This document shows, one piece after another, positions 25,754-39,416 of a stretch of DNA of 64,000 nucleotides. The notes under the pieces are model-generated. The model was given only the letters and a program-made list of their open reading frames with translations, was not told the DNA's origin and searched no databases. Source of the stretch: Mobula hypostoma (taxonomy: Eukaryota); assembly GCF_963921235.1 (NCBI RefSeq), contig NC_086108.1:115942001-116006000 (forward strand), in the 5' to 3' direction. Both the position numbers and the translations under genes were made by a program. How positions within the stretch are numbered: the stretch's first letter is position 1; each line of letters starts with the position of its first letter.

Positions 25754-25767
25754 ACATGCCAATTTGT

Positions 25768-26688
25768 CAGATGTGCAGGGACACAGAGGACAGATATGCA
25801 GGGAGACGGAGGATATGTATGCAGGGACACTGAGGATAGATACTCAGGGACACTGAAAAGATACGAGGGGCGCTGAGGACCGATATGCTGGGACACTAAA
25901 GGTAGATATGCAGGGACTGATGACAGGTATGCAGGGAATAAGGACAGATACGTATCCATACTGAGACGTGATAAATGGGGATGCTGAGGACAGGTATGAG
26001 GACAGATATGCAGGGAAACTCTGGACATTTATGCAGGGACACTGAGAACAGACATGCCGGGACACTGAGGATGGTGTACAGGGACACAGTGGACCAATGT
26101 ATTCGGACACTGAGAACTAATATGCAGTGACACTGAGGGCAGATCTGCAGGGACACTGAGCAGAGGTGTACTTGGACACTGTGGGCAAATATGCCGGGAC
26201 ACTGAGGACAGATGTACAGGGACACTGAGGACAGATATACAGGGACCCGGAGGGAAGATATTCAGCAAGACCAAGGAACTCTGTGCAGTAACATTCAGGC
26301 GTGGTATGCAGTAACAGTGTGCTCAATTATTTTAGGATACTTCTGACAAATATTCGGGGACTCTAAGGTCATATAATCAGGATGACTGGGGACAGATATG
26401 TGCAACACAGAGTTGTGATATGCTAGGAAAATGAGTGGATGTATTGAACGCCATCACAGACTGATATGCCGGTACACGGTGGGCAGATATGCAGGGATAC
26501 TAAGGACAGATGTACATCGACACTAAGTTCAGGTAGGCAGGGACTGACAACGGATATGCAGAGATATTGAAGACAGATACGCGAAGATGCTGTGGACAGA
26601 TAGGCAGGGACACTGAGGACAGATGTACATGGGCACCAAGGACAGATATGCAGGGACACTGGGGACAGATAAGCAGGGACTGAGGACA
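25768..26688 (+). repeat. Satellite block with the first landmark cassette
   Basis: Monomer variants plus the cassette at ~26270-26460. Confidence 0.93.
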
Positions 26689-26960
26689 GTGGTTTGTCGA
26701 ATTTCGGATGAAATGCGAAGGCCTTGGGGTAACTTTGATCTGTGTCTTTGCTATCGCTTAAGACATGCTTGGGATCGGTGATAGTACCGATGCTCGTTAT
26801 TTTTGCTGGTGGGGGGGAAGGGGCATCACTGTTCGCTAGCACTTTACATGCCTGAGGGAGGAGCTAGGGGGTGGGGTTTTGGAGTTCTCATGTTTAACTG
26901 TCGTTCATTCTTTGGGGCACTTGCCTGTTTTCGTAGATTTTTTTGCGAAAATAAAGCATT
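26689..26960 (+). mobile_element. Unclassified non-coding repeat fragment (probably a retroelement 3' UTR), cut by a CR1 tail
   Basis: Non-satellite, T/G-rich, ends in AATAAAGCATTT immediately before a CR1 tail. Only one copy in the window. Confidence 0.45.
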
Positions 26961-27087
26961 TAGAAACATAGCATATAGAAACCCTACTGCACAATACAAG
27001 CCCTTACCGTATCCACCTCCACCGCCGTTGCCGGCAGCCCATTCCACGCACCCATCACTCTCTGAGTAAAACACTTACCCCTGACAT

Positions 27088-29354
27088 AGAACCATAGAAC
27101 ATTATAGCACAGAAACAGGCCTTTTGGCCCTTCTTGGCTGTGCCAAACCATTTTTCTGACTAGTCCCACTGACCTGTATCTGTCCAAATTTTTCTTAAAT
27201 GTTAAAAGTGAGCCCAAATTTACCACTTCATCTGGCAGCTCATTCTACACTCCCACCGCTCTCTGTGTGAAGAAGCCCCCCCACAAATGTTCCCTTTAAA
27301 CTTTTCCCCCCTCACCCTTAACCCATGTCCTCTGGTTTTTTCCTCCCCTTGCCTCAGTGGAAAAAGCCTGCTTGCATTCACTCCATCTATACCCATCATA
27401 ATTTTATATACCTCTATCAAATCTCCCCTCATTCTTCTACGCTCCAGGGAATAAAGACCTAACCTATTCAACCTCTCTGTAACTGAGTTTCTCAAGTCCC
27501 GGCAACATCCTTGTAAACTTTCTCTGCGCTCTTTCAACCTTATTAATATCCTTCCTGTAATTTGGTGACCAAAACTGAACACAATACTCCAGATCTGGTC
27601 TCACCAACGCCTTATACAACCTCATCATAACATTCCAGCTCTTATACTCAACACTTTGATTTAAAAAGGCTAATGTACCAAAAGCTCTCTTTACGACCCT
27701 ATCTACCTGTGACACCACCGTTAGGGAATTTTGCATCTGTATTCCCAGATCCCTCTGTTCTACTGCACTCCTCAGTACCTTGTATAGTACCTTTGTTTGT
27801 CCTTCCAAAGTGCAATACCTCACACTTGTCTGTATTAAACTCCATGTGCCATTTTTCAGCCCATTTTTCCAGATGGTCCAAATCTCTCTGCAAGCTTTGA
27901 AAACCTTCCTCACTGTCCACTACACCTCCAGTCTTTGTATCATCCACAAATTTGCTGATCCAGTTTATCACATTATCATTCAGATCATTGATATAGATGA
28001 CAAATAACAATGGACCCAGCACTGATCCCTGTGGCACACCACTAGTCACAGGCCTCCACTCAGAGAAGCAATTCTCTACCACCACTCTTTGGCTTCTTCC
28101 ATTGAGCCAATGTCTAATCCAATTTACCACCTCTCCATGTATACCTAGCGACTGAATTTTCCTAACTAACCTCCCATGCGGGACCTTGTCAAAGGCCTTA
28201 CTGAAGTCCATGCAGACAACATCCACTGCCTTCCCTTCATCCACTTTTCTGGTAACCTCCTCGAAAAACTCTAATAGATTGGTTTAACATGACCTAATAT
28301 GCACAAAGCCATGTTGACGCTCCCTAATAAGTCACTTTCTATCCAAATACTTGTAGATCCTATCTCTTTGTACTCCTTCCGATAATTTACCTACCACCAA
28401 CATCAAACTTACCGGCCTATAATTTCCCGGATTACTTTTAGAGCCTTTTTAAAATAACGGAACACCATGAGCTATCCTCCAGTCCTCTGGCACCTCACCC
28501 GTAGAGATGACATTTTAAATATATCTGCCAGGGCCCCCGCAATTTCAACACTAGTCTCCTTCAAGGTCCGAGGGAATACCCTGTCAGGTCCTGGGGATTT
28601 ATCTACTCTGATTTGCCTCAAGATAGCCAGCACCTTCTCCTCTTCAATCTGTATAGGTTCCATGACCTCACTACTTGTTTGCCTTATTTCCATTGACTGC
28701 ATGCCAATTTCCTTCATAAGTACAGACGCAAAAATCCCATTTAAGATCTCCCCCATTTCTTTTGATTCCATACATAGCCGACCACTCTGATCTTCAAGAG
28801 GACGAATTTTATCCCTTAGTATCCTTTTGCTCTTAATATACCTGTAGAAGCTCTTTGAATTATCCTTCACTTTGACTGCCAAAGCAACCTCATGTCTTCT
28901 TTTAGCCCTCCTGATTTCTTTCTTAAGTATCTTTTGCACTTTGTATTTGCTCCCTGTTTCCTATACATGTCATACATCTCGCTCTTCTTCTTTATCAGAG
29001 TTCCAATATCCCTTCAGAACCAAGGTTCCTTATTCTTATTCACTTTGGCTTTAATCCTGACAGGAACATACAAACTATGCACTCTCAAAATTTCTCCTTT
29101 GAAGCCCTCCCACTTACCAATCACATCCTTGCCAGAAACAACCTGTCCCAATCCACGCGTTTTAGATCCTTTCTCATTTCTTCAAATTTGGCCTTTTTCC
29201 AGTTTAGAACCTCAACCCAGAACCAGATCTATCTTTATCCATGATCAATTGAAATTAATGGTGTTGTGATCACTGGAACCAAAGTGTTCCCCTACACACA
29301 CTTCCGTCACCTGTCCTAACTCCTTTCCTAATAGGAGATCTAATATTGCATCCT
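27088..29354 (-). mobile_element. CR1 LINE nested in CR1; TSD CAT
   Basis: (CATAGAAC)n tail. HFGSSDHN, KSPGPD, MDFSKAFDKVPH, KFVDD. CAT at 27085-27087 and 29355-29357. Confidence 0.93.
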
Positions 29355-29535
29355 CATCTCCTTTGTATCTACTCCCCAGCACCTTAAACCTGTGTCGTCT
29401 TGGGGCAACCATTTCACCCCTGGGAAAAGGCCTTTGATGATCGAAATGATCGATGCCTCTCATCATCTTATACACCTCTATCAGGTCACATCTCATCCTC
29501 CGTCGCTCCAAGGAGAAAAGGCAGAGTTTCCTCAA

Positions 29536-30208
29536 AAGGGGAGGTGAAGACGGCGGCGCGACACAGATCGCAGCAGCCACTCCTGTGGTGATGTCTGTTA
29601 TTTGTCAAGTAGGGTGCCATGCACAATCCTGATTTGATGGAGACGGACGTGAGAGCACGGAGGAAAATCTGGTGAAACTTCTGAAATGCCTGATTCGCTG
29701 CTGCTGTTACTGTGCAGTCCGAAATCTCCGGAGGAGAAGGACCAGAGTCCTCGGCTTTGCTTGTTGCTCGGCGGCCGGGGCGGGGTCAAAGTGCTCGTCA
29801 GAAGATGGTGCTCAGTGTCGAAGAGCTGATCGGAGGCTCGAAATTTTCGGACGGACTGAGAGTCCGCTGCAGTTGGGTGCTTCCAAAGGTGCTGCATCGG
29901 CAAGTTTGTGGCGCTTAGAGTTCATGGCAGGGTGAGTTTCTCCCGTCTACTGTCTGCGTGAGATGATAAGTCTATCGAGACTTTGAGACTTTTTTTTACC
30001 GTGCCCATGGTCTGCTCTTTATCAAATTATGGTATGGCTTTGCACTGTTGTAACTATATGTTATAATTATGTGGTTTTGTCAGTTTTAGTCTTGGTTTGT
30101 CCTGTGTTTCTTGTGATATCATTCTGAGGGAACATTGTATCATTTTTAATGCATGCGTTTCTAAATAGCAATAAATGAGGACTGAGTGTCCTCATAATCA
30201 AATCTAAT
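29536..30208 (+). mobile_element. Unclassified non-coding retroelement with (AATCT)n-like tail, copy 2
   Basis: Starts near GAAGACGGCGGCG and ends AATAAA...CATAATCAAATCTAAT. Homologous to 11508-12174. Interrupts the CR1 ORF2. Confidence 0.8.
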
Positions 30209-32787
30209 GTATTCTCATAAGGCATGTTCTCCAATCCAGGCAACATCCTTGTAAATCTCCTCTGCACCCTTTCTATGGTTTCCACATCCTTCCTGTAGTG
30301 AGGCAACCAGAATTGAGCACAGTACTCCAAGTGGGGTCTGACCAGGGTCCTATATAGCTGCAACATTACCTCTTGGCTCCTAAATTCAATCCCACGATTG
30401 ATGAAGGCAAATACATCATATGCCTTCTTAACCACAGAGTCAACCTGTGCAGATGCTTTGGGTGTCCTGTGGACTCGGACTCCAAGACCCTCTGATCCTC
30501 CACACTGCCAAGAGTCTTACCATTAATACTGTATTCTGCCATCATATTTGACCGACCAAAATGAACCACCTCACACTTATCTGGGTTGAACTCCATTTGC
30601 CACTTCTCAGCCCAGTTTTGCATCCTGTCAATGTCCCACTGTAACCTCTGACAGCCCTGCACATTACCCACAACACCTCCAACCTTTGTGTCATCAGCAA
30701 ACTTACTAACCCCTCCCTCCACGTCCTCATCCAGGTCATTTATAAAAATCACGAAGAATAAGGGTCCTAAAAAAGATCCCTGAGGCACACCACTGGTGAC
30801 CGACCTCCATGCAGAATATGACTCGTCTACAACCACTCTTTGCCTTCTGTGGGCAAGCCAATTCTGGATCCACAAAGCAATGTTCCCCTTGGATCCCATG
30901 CCTCCTTACTTTCTCAATAAGGCTTGCATGGGCTACCTTATCAAATGCCTTGCTGAAATCCATATACACTACATCTACTGCTCTTCCTTCATCAATGTGT
31001 TTAGTCACATACTCAGAAAATTCAATCAGATTCCTAAGGCATGACCTGCCCTTGACCAAGCCATACTGACTGTTCCTAATCATATTATACCTCTCGAAAT
31101 GTTTATAAATCCTGCTTCTCAGGATCTTCTCCATCAACTTACTGAGGTAAGACTCGGTGGTTTATAATTCCTGGGCTATCTCTGCTCCCTTTCTTGAATA
31201 AAGGAACAATATTCGCAACCCTCCAATCCTCCAGAACATCCTCTGTCGCCACTGAGGATTCAAAGATCATCACCAGAGGCTCAGTAATCTCCTCCCTCGC
31301 CTCCCACAGTATCCTGGGGTACACCTCATCTGGTCCCAGTGACTGATCCAACTTGATGGATCCAAAAGCTCCAGCACATCCTCTTTCTTAATATCTACAT
31401 GCTCAAGCTTTTCAGTCCGCTGTAAGTCATCCCTACAATCACCAAGATCCTTATCTATAGTGAATACTGAAGTAAAGTATTCATTAAGTACCTCTGCTGT
31501 TTGCTCCAGTTCCATACACACTTTCCCACTGTCACATTTGATAGGTCCTATTCTTTCACATCTTATCCTCTTGCTCTTCACATACTTGTAGAATGCCTTG
31601 GGGTTTTCCTTAATCCTGCCCGCCATGGCCTTCGCATGGCCCTTTCTGGCTCTCCTGATTTCCTTCTTAAGCTCCCTGCTGTTAGCCTTATAGTCTTCTA
31701 GATCTCTAACATTACCTAGCTCTCCGAACATTTTGTAAGCTTTTCTCTTCTTCTTGACTAGATTTATTACAGCCTTTGTACACCACGGTTCCTGTACCCT
31801 ACCATAACTTCCCTGTCTCATTGGAACGTAACTATGCAGAACTTCACACAAATACCCCCTGAACATTTACCACATTTTTCCGTACTTTTTCCTGAGAACA
31901 TGCGTTTCCAATTTAAGCTTCCAATTTCCTGCCTGATAGCCTTATAATTCCCCTTACTCCAATTAAACGCTTTTCTAACTTGTCTGTTTCTATCTCTCTC
32001 CGATGCTATTGTAAAGGAGAAAGAGTTATGATCACTATCTCCAAAATGCTCTTCCACTGAGAGATCTGACACCTGACCAGGTTCATTTCCCAATACCAAA
32101 TCAGGTACAGCCTTTCCTCTTGTAGGCTTATCTACATATTGTGTCAAGAAACCTTCTTGAACACCCCTAACAAACTCCACCCCATCTAAACCCCCTGCTC
32201 TAGGGAGATGCCAATCGATATTTGGGAAATTAAGATCTCCCGCCACGACAACTCTGTTATTATTACACCTTTCTAAGATCTGTTCCCCTATCTGCTCCTC
32301 GATATCCCTGTTACTATTGGGAGGCCTATAAAAACACCCAGTAGAGATATTGACCCTTTCCTGTTCCTAACCTCCACCCACAGAGACTCTGTGGATAATC
32401 CCTCCATGGCGTCCACCTTTTCTGCAGCCGTGACACTATCTCTGATCAACAGTGCCACACCCCCACCTCTTTTGCCTCCCTACCTGTCCTTTCTGAAACA
32501 TCTAAAACCCGGAACTTGAAGTAACCATTTCTGCCCCTGAGCCATCCAAGTCTCTGTAATGGCCACCACATCATATCTCCAAGTACTGATCAACGATCGA
32601 AGCTCATTCACTTTGTTCACAACACTCCTTGCGTTAAAATAGACACATCTCAAACCTTCGGTCTGAGTGCGTCCCTTCTGTATCACCTACCTATCCTCCC
32701 TCACACACTGTCTCCAAGCTTTCTCTATTTGCGAGCCAGCAGCCACTTCCCCAGTCTCTTCGGTTCAGTTCCCACCCCCCAACAACT

Positions 32788-33310
32788 TTAGTTTAAACTC
32801 TCCCCAGTAGCCTTAGCAAACCTCCCCGGCAGGATATTGGTCCCCCTGGGATTCAAGTACAACCCAGCCTTTTTGTACAGGTTACTCCTGCCCCAAAATA
32901 GGTCCCAGTGATCCAGAAATCTGAATCCCTGCCCCGTGCTCCAATCCCTCAGCCATGCATTTATCCTCCACCTTATTCTATTCCTATTCTCACTGTCACG
33001 TGGCACAGACAGCAATCTCAAGATGACTACCTTTGCGGTCCTGCTTCTCAACTTTCTTCCTAACTCCCTGTACTCTTTTTTCAGGACCTCTTCCCTTTTC
33101 CTACCTATGTCATTGGTAGCAATATGTACCAAGACCTCTGGCTGTTCTCCCTCCCACGGCAAGATACCTTGGACGCGATCTGAAACATCCCGGACCCTGG
33201 CACCTGGCAGGCAAACTAACATCCGAATTTCTTTCCTGCGTCCACCGAATCGCCTGTTTGACCCCCTATCTATAGAGTCCCCTATCACTATTGCCTTCCT
33301 CTTCCTTTCC
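32788..33310 (-). pseudogene. CR1 ORF1 SGNH/GDSL esterase domain (N-terminal part at 35476-35860)
   Basis: AIVIGDS, CLPGARV, VHIATNDIG and GLYLN, where the usual DGLHLN block is degraded. N-terminal ICTRCVELQLLRDYIRELEMQL. Confidence 0.85.
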
Positions 33311-35470
33311 ACTTAAAGGATTGACGGTGGATATGCAATGGCAAGCATTTAAAGATTGCATGGATGAACTACAACAATTGTTCATCCCAGTTTGGCAAAA
33401 GAATAAATCAAGGAAGATAGTGCACCCGTGGCTGACAAGAGAAATTAGGGATAGTATCAATTCCAAAGAAGAAGCATACAAATTAGCCAGAAAAAGTGGC
33501 TCACCTGAGGACTGGGAGAAATTCGGAGTTCAGCAGAGGAGGACAAAGGGCTTAATTAGGAAGGGGAAAAAAAATTATGAGAGAAAACTGGCAGGGAACA
33601 TAAAAACTGACTGTAAAAGCTTTTATAGATATGTAAAAAGGAAAAGACTGGTAAAGACAAATGTAGGTCCCCTACAGACAGAGACAGGTGAATTGATTAT
33701 GGGGAGCAAGGACATGGCAGACCAATTGAATAATTACTTTGGTTCTGTCTTCACTAAGGAGGACATAAATAATCTTCCAAAAATAGTAGGGGACAGGGGG
33801 TCCAGTGAGATGGAGGAACTGAGCGAAATACATGTTAATAGGGAAGTGGCGTTGAGTAAATTGAAGGGATTAAAGGCAGATAAATCCCCAGGGCCAGATG
33901 GTCTGCATCCCAGAGTGCTTAAGGAAGTAGCCCAAGAAATAGTGGATGCATTAGTGATAATTTTTCAAAACTCGTTAGATTCTGGACTAGTTCCTGAGGA
34001 TTGGAGGGTGACTAATGTAACCCCACTTTTTAAAAAAGGAGGGAGAGAGAAACGGGGAATTATAGACCGGTTAGCCTAACGTTGATGGTGGGGAAACTGC
34101 TGGAGTCAGTTATCAAAGATGTGATAACAGCACATTTGGAAAGCGGTGCAATCATCGGACAAAGTCAGCATGGATTTGTGAAAGGAAAATCATGTCTGAC
34201 GAATCTCATAGAATTTTTTGAGGATGTAACTAGTAGAGTGGATAGGGGAGAACCAGTGGATGTGGTATATTTGGATTTTCAAAAGACTTTTGACAAGGTC
34301 CCATATGGGAGATTAGTGTGCAAACTTAAAGCACACGGTATTGGCGGTAAGGTATTGATGTAGATAGAGAATTGGTTAGCAGACAGGAAGTAAAGAGTGG
34401 GAATGAACGGGACCTTTTCAGAATGGTAGGCAGTGACTAGTGGGGTACCGCAAGGCTCAGTGCTGGGACCCCAGTTGTTTACAATATATATTAATGACTT
34501 GGATGAGGGAATTAAATGCAGCATCTCCAAGTTTGCAGATGACACGAAGCTGGGCGGCAGTGTTAACTGTGAGGAGGATGCTAAGAGGATGCAGGGTGAC
34601 TTGGATAGGTTAGGTGAGTGGGCAAATTCATGGCAGATGCAATTTAATGTGGATAAATGTGAAGTTATCCACTTTGGTGGCAAAAATAGGAAAACAGATT
34701 ATTATCTGAATGGTGGCCAATTAGGAAAAGGGGAGGTGCAACGAGACCTGGGTGTCATTATACACCAGTCACTGAAAGTGGGCATGCAGGTACAGCAGGC
34801 TGTGAAAAAGGCGAATGGTATGCTGGCATTTATAGCGAGAGGATTCGAGTACAGGAGCAGGGAGGTACTACTGCAGTTGTACAAGGCCTTGGTGAGACCA
34901 CACCTGGAGTATTGTGTGCAGTTTTGGTCCCCTAATCTGAGGAAAAACATACTTGCCATAGAGGGAGTACAAAGAAGGTTCACCAGATTGATTCCTGGGA
35001 TGGCAGGACTTTCATATGAAGAAAGACTGGATGAACTGGGCTTGTACTCGTTGGAATTTAGAAGATTGAGGGGGGATCTGATTGAAACGTATAAAATCCT
35101 AAAGGGATTGGACAGTCTAGATGCAGGAAGATTGTTCCCGATGTTGGGGAAGTCCAGAATGAGGGGTCACAGTTTGAGGATAAAGGGGAAGCCTTTTAGG
35201 ACTGAGATTAGGAAAAACTTCTTCACACAGAGAGTGGTGAATCTGTGGAATTCTCTGCCACAGGAAACAGTTGAGGCCGGTTCATTGGCTATATTTAAGA
35301 GGGAGTTAGATATGGCCCTTGTGGCTACGGGGATCAGGGGGTATGGAGGGAAGGCTGGTGCAGGGTTCTGAGTTGGATGATCAGCCATGATCATAATAAA
35401 TGGCGGTGCAGGCTCGAAGGGCCGAATGGCCTACTCCTGCACCTATTTTCTATGTTTCTATGTTGCTATG
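33311..35470 (+). mobile_element. CR1 LINE nested in ORF1 of the long CR1; TSD TTTCC
   Basis: Very similar to 13690-15840. RT with KFADD. TTTCC at 33306-33310 and 35471-35475. Confidence 0.96.
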
Positions 35471-35864
35471 TTTCCCTACCCTTCTGAGCCACAGGGCCAG
35501 ATCCTGTGCCAGAGCACGGCCACTGTCACTTCGCCCAGGTAGGCTGTTCTCCCCCCCCCCCACCAACAGTACTCAAACAGGAGTACTTATTGTCAAGGGG
35601 TACAGCCACAGGGGTACTCTCTAGTACTTGTCTCTTCCCTTTCCTTCTCCTGACTGTGACCCACTTGTCTGTCTCCCGTGTCCCCTGTGTGACCGCCCGC
35701 CTATAACTCCTTTCTGTCACCTCCTTGCTCTCCCTGACCAGATGAAAGTCATCAAGCTGCATCTCCAGTTCCCTAATGTAGTCTCTAAGGAGCTGCAGCT
35801 CGACGCATCGGGTGCAGATATGGCCGTCCGGGTGGCTGGCAGACTCCAGGACCTCCCACATCCT

Positions 35865-36692
35865 GTGGAAAGATATGCAAGAATACTGAGGTGAGATATG
35901 CAGGAACCTTGTGGACAGATGTACGGGGCACAAAGTATAGGTCTTAGGGGACGCTGGGGACAGACCTGCAGTGACACTGATTAGAAATTTTATGGAACTC
36001 CGAGGACTGATATGCAGGAACACCGAGTACTGATACGCAGGGGCACTGAGGACGGATATGCAGGGATACTAAGGACAGATTTACAGCACACTATCGACAG
36101 ATATGCAGGGACAATTTGGACAGGTGTCCAGGGACACTGACAACAGATATGCAGTGAGACCAAGGAAATCCTTGCAGGAACATCCATGCCAGATATGTAG
36201 TTACACTGAGGTCAGCTTTTTGGGGATACTGAGGACAAATATTCTGATACACTAAAGTCATATAGTCGGGATGGCTGGTGACAGATATACAGTGACGCCA
36301 AACACAGAAATGTGCAACACTTAGGTCAATATGCAGGGAAAATGAGTGGATGTATTGAACGACATCACATAACCTAAATGCTGGGACACTGTGGGAGGAT
36401 GTACAGGGACACTGGGAGTAGGTATGCAGAGATACTGAGGACAGATATGCAGGGACACAGGTGACAGATATGCAGGGAGAATGAGCACAAATGTGCAGGG
36501 ACACCGACCACAGGTGTGCAGGGACTGAGGACAGATATGCAGGGATACAGAGGCGAGACATGCGAGGAAGCTGAGGACAGATATACATGGACACTGAGGT
36601 TAGATATGCAGAAACATTGAGGACAGATATGCGGGGACTCTGAGGACTGATATGAAAGGAGACTGAGGAGTGATGTACAGGGACACTGAGTA
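35865..36692 (+). repeat. Satellite block
   Basis: Monomer variants plus the landmark cassette at ~36158-36370. Confidence 0.93.
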
Positions 36693-39023
36693 TGTCATGG
36701 TCCCGTCCGACAATGCAAAGCCTGGGATGGCTACGCCCTTTGGGTCGGCAACACAATCCCCTCGAGAGCCGTACGTACCCGAACCGGAACCCTACGCTGG
36801 GGACCTAGGGAAGTACCGGGCCTTCTTATTACAATGGTCTTTCGTCTTTGAGCAACAGCCACATAAGCACACCTCGGACAGATTAAAGATTGCATACATC
36901 ATGGTGCTATTACGAGGGGATGCCTTGACATGGGCCACCGCGATCTGGGACAACCGACCAGAAGTCTGTTCCTCCTTCTCCTCCTTCGTCTCCGAAATGA
37001 AGAAGGTCTTTGAACAGCCCATTCGCGGTAAGGACGTTGCTAAGCACTTGCTAACTCTCTGTCAGGGTTTGCGAAGCGTAGCAAAATACTTCATTGAGTT
37101 CCAAACGTTAGAGGCCGACTCCGGGTGGAGCCTCTCAGATAAGATAAAAGATAAACTGGCAGCTAGGGATGACGCGGACAGCCTGGACTCTGATCTCCCT
37201 AGTCACGAGGCTCGATAATCGACTTCAAGAGTGTCTGAGAGAAAAGACCAGTTGCCCCGCTCCTCAGGTCAGCCCACGGCCTACCTTACCATCTTCAGCC
37301 AGCCGCCCTTCCCCAGCCGTTCCAAGTATAGCTCCTACTCCGACTGTCCCCACTACCCTGGGGGAGGAACCCATGCAGCTGGGACGGAACCGTCTCTCCC
37401 CTGCCGAACGACTTCGGAGGCGGAGAGCTGGGGATTGTTACCATTGTGGCCAGCCGGGACATTTCCGGGATACCTGTCCCTCTGCGGCCAAAAGGGAGGG
37501 CTCACCAGTAGTAGGGGGACCCTAGTGAGCTGGACGACACTCCCTTCAGTCCCCCAGACCCGGAGGCAGATCCCGGCTACCCTGAATTATCAACAACAGT
37601 CCCTGTCCCTATCCGCCTTGCTGGATTCCGGTGCCGAGGGAAATCTCCTGGACGAGGACATAGCCTCCCGGGCCGGAATACCTCTGGAGCCGTTAAGAAC
37701 CCCTCTGGAGGCCCGGGCGCTGGACGGGTTACCCACTATACGCCACCCTGACCTTGATTCTGTCCGGAAACTATCAAGAGGAGGTACGATTTAATCTCAT
37801 CCTTTCGCCTCAAGCCCCTGTAGCCCTAGGATATCCCTGGCTGAACCACCACAACCCCTACATCGACTGGTCTACCGGGAGGATAGCCAGCTGGAGCCCG
37901 TTTTGCCACGCCACCTGTCTGCGTTCGGCTCCATCCCCTAGGGAGGCTATCGCAACCCCGCTTGTCTTGGAACTCCTCAACTTGTCCGGGGTCAATAGGT
38001 ATTCAGCAAACAACGGGCTCTTTCCCTGCCTCCGCACCGTACCTATGATTGCGCTATCGACCTTCTCCCCGGGGCCTCGTAAGCCACCAGTCGCCTTTTT
38101 AACCTATCCCGACTAGAGAGACAGGTCATGAAGAAATATACTATTGAGTCCCTCGCGGCGGGCATTATTCGACCTTCATCCTCCCCAGTGGGCGCCGGTT
38201 TCTTCTTTGTAGAGAGAAAAGGACGGGTCGCTTCGTCCCTGTATTGATTATCAAGGCCTAAACAATATAACAGTTAAAGATAAGTACCCACTACCCCTCA
38301 TTAATTCGGCATTTGAACCACTTCACGGAGCCACCATCTTCTCGAAGTTGGAGCTCCGTAGCGCCTACCGTCTAGTCAGGATGAGGGAGGGAGACGAGTG
38401 GAAGACGGCCTTTAATACACCATTGGGCCACTTCGAAGACTTGGTCATGCCGTTTGGTCTCACCAATGCCCCCGCCGTTTTTCAAGCCCAAATCAATGAT
38501 GTGCTGGTCCAACCAGACCCCTCCCGCCAATTCATCGTTGAGGTTGACGCCTTCGGCTCCGGGTTGAGTGCAGTCCTGTCCCAACGATCAAGTCCGGACG
38601 AGAAGCTTCATCCCTGTGCCTTCTTTTTTTCGCCGGCTGTCCCCCACCGAGCAGAATTACGACGTGGGGAATCGGGAACTGGCGGTCAAGCTAGCATTGG
38701 AAGAGTGGAGGCACTGGCTAGAGGGGGCAGAACACCCGTTTGTTGTATGGACTGATCATAAGAACCTGGGATATATTCAGACCGCCAAACGTTTCAACTC
38801 CCGCCAGGCCCGTTGGGCATTATTTTTTGGACGATTCAAGTTTTCTCTCACATACCGTCCAGGGTCCAAGAACGGGAAACCTGACGCGATCTCCCGCCAA
38901 TACAATTCCAAGGAGGACACTTCCAGCTCAGAGACTATCCTCCCACCATCCTGTGTGGTGGCACCCCTCACTTAGGAGATTGAGTCCATAGAAAAGGAAG
39001 CCCAACGGGATGACCCTGACCCT

Positions 39024-39416
39024 GATCTGATTGAAACGTATAATATTCTAGAGGGATTGGACAGGCTAGATGCAGGAAGATTGTTCCCGATGTTGGGGAA
39101 GTCCAAAACGAGGGGTCACAGTTTGAGGATAAAGGGGAAGCCTTTTAGGACTGAGATTAGGAAAAACTTCTTCACACAGAGAGTGGTGAATCTGTGGAAT
39201 TCTCTGCCACAGGAAACAGTTGAGGCCAGTTCATTGGCTGTATTTAAGAGGGAGTTAGATATGGCCCTTGTGGCTAAAGGGATCAGGGGGTATGGAGGGA
39301 AGGCAGGTACAGGGTTCTGAGTTGGATGATCAGCCATGATCATACTGAATGGCGGTGCGCGCTCGAAGAGCCGAATGGCCTACTCCTGCACCTATTTTCT
39401 ATGTTTCTATGCTTCT
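39024..39416 (+). mobile_element. CR1 3' fragment inserted in the chromovirus pol
   Basis: DLIETY...LDRLDAGRLFP...KAGTGF, then 3' UTR and TTTCTATG tail. Flanked by ATGACCCTGAC and ATGACCCCGAC. Confidence 0.92.

Larger units (their letters stand above)
26961..35864 (-). mobile_element. Near full-length CR1 LINE (ORF1 with zinc finger/coiled coil and SGNH esterase; ORF2 EN-RT) split by three nested insertions
   Basis: Pieces 26961-27087, 29358-29535, 30210-33310 and 35476-35864 are collinear (e.g. LENMPYEN joins LRKLCLFSLERRR). ORF2 start GLRCVYFNARSVVNK; RT KFADD. Confidence 0.9.

Noticed and set aside
13048..35394. Recurrent antisense ORFs over CR1 copies (e.g. MPPKWITSHLSTLNC...)
   Set aside because: They are shadows of ORF2 and recur only because the copies are homologous.
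37480..37530. Gag-pol overlap as a novel recoding signal
   Set aside because: A -1 gag-pol frameshift is expected in Sushi-type elements, and indels here prevent defining the site.
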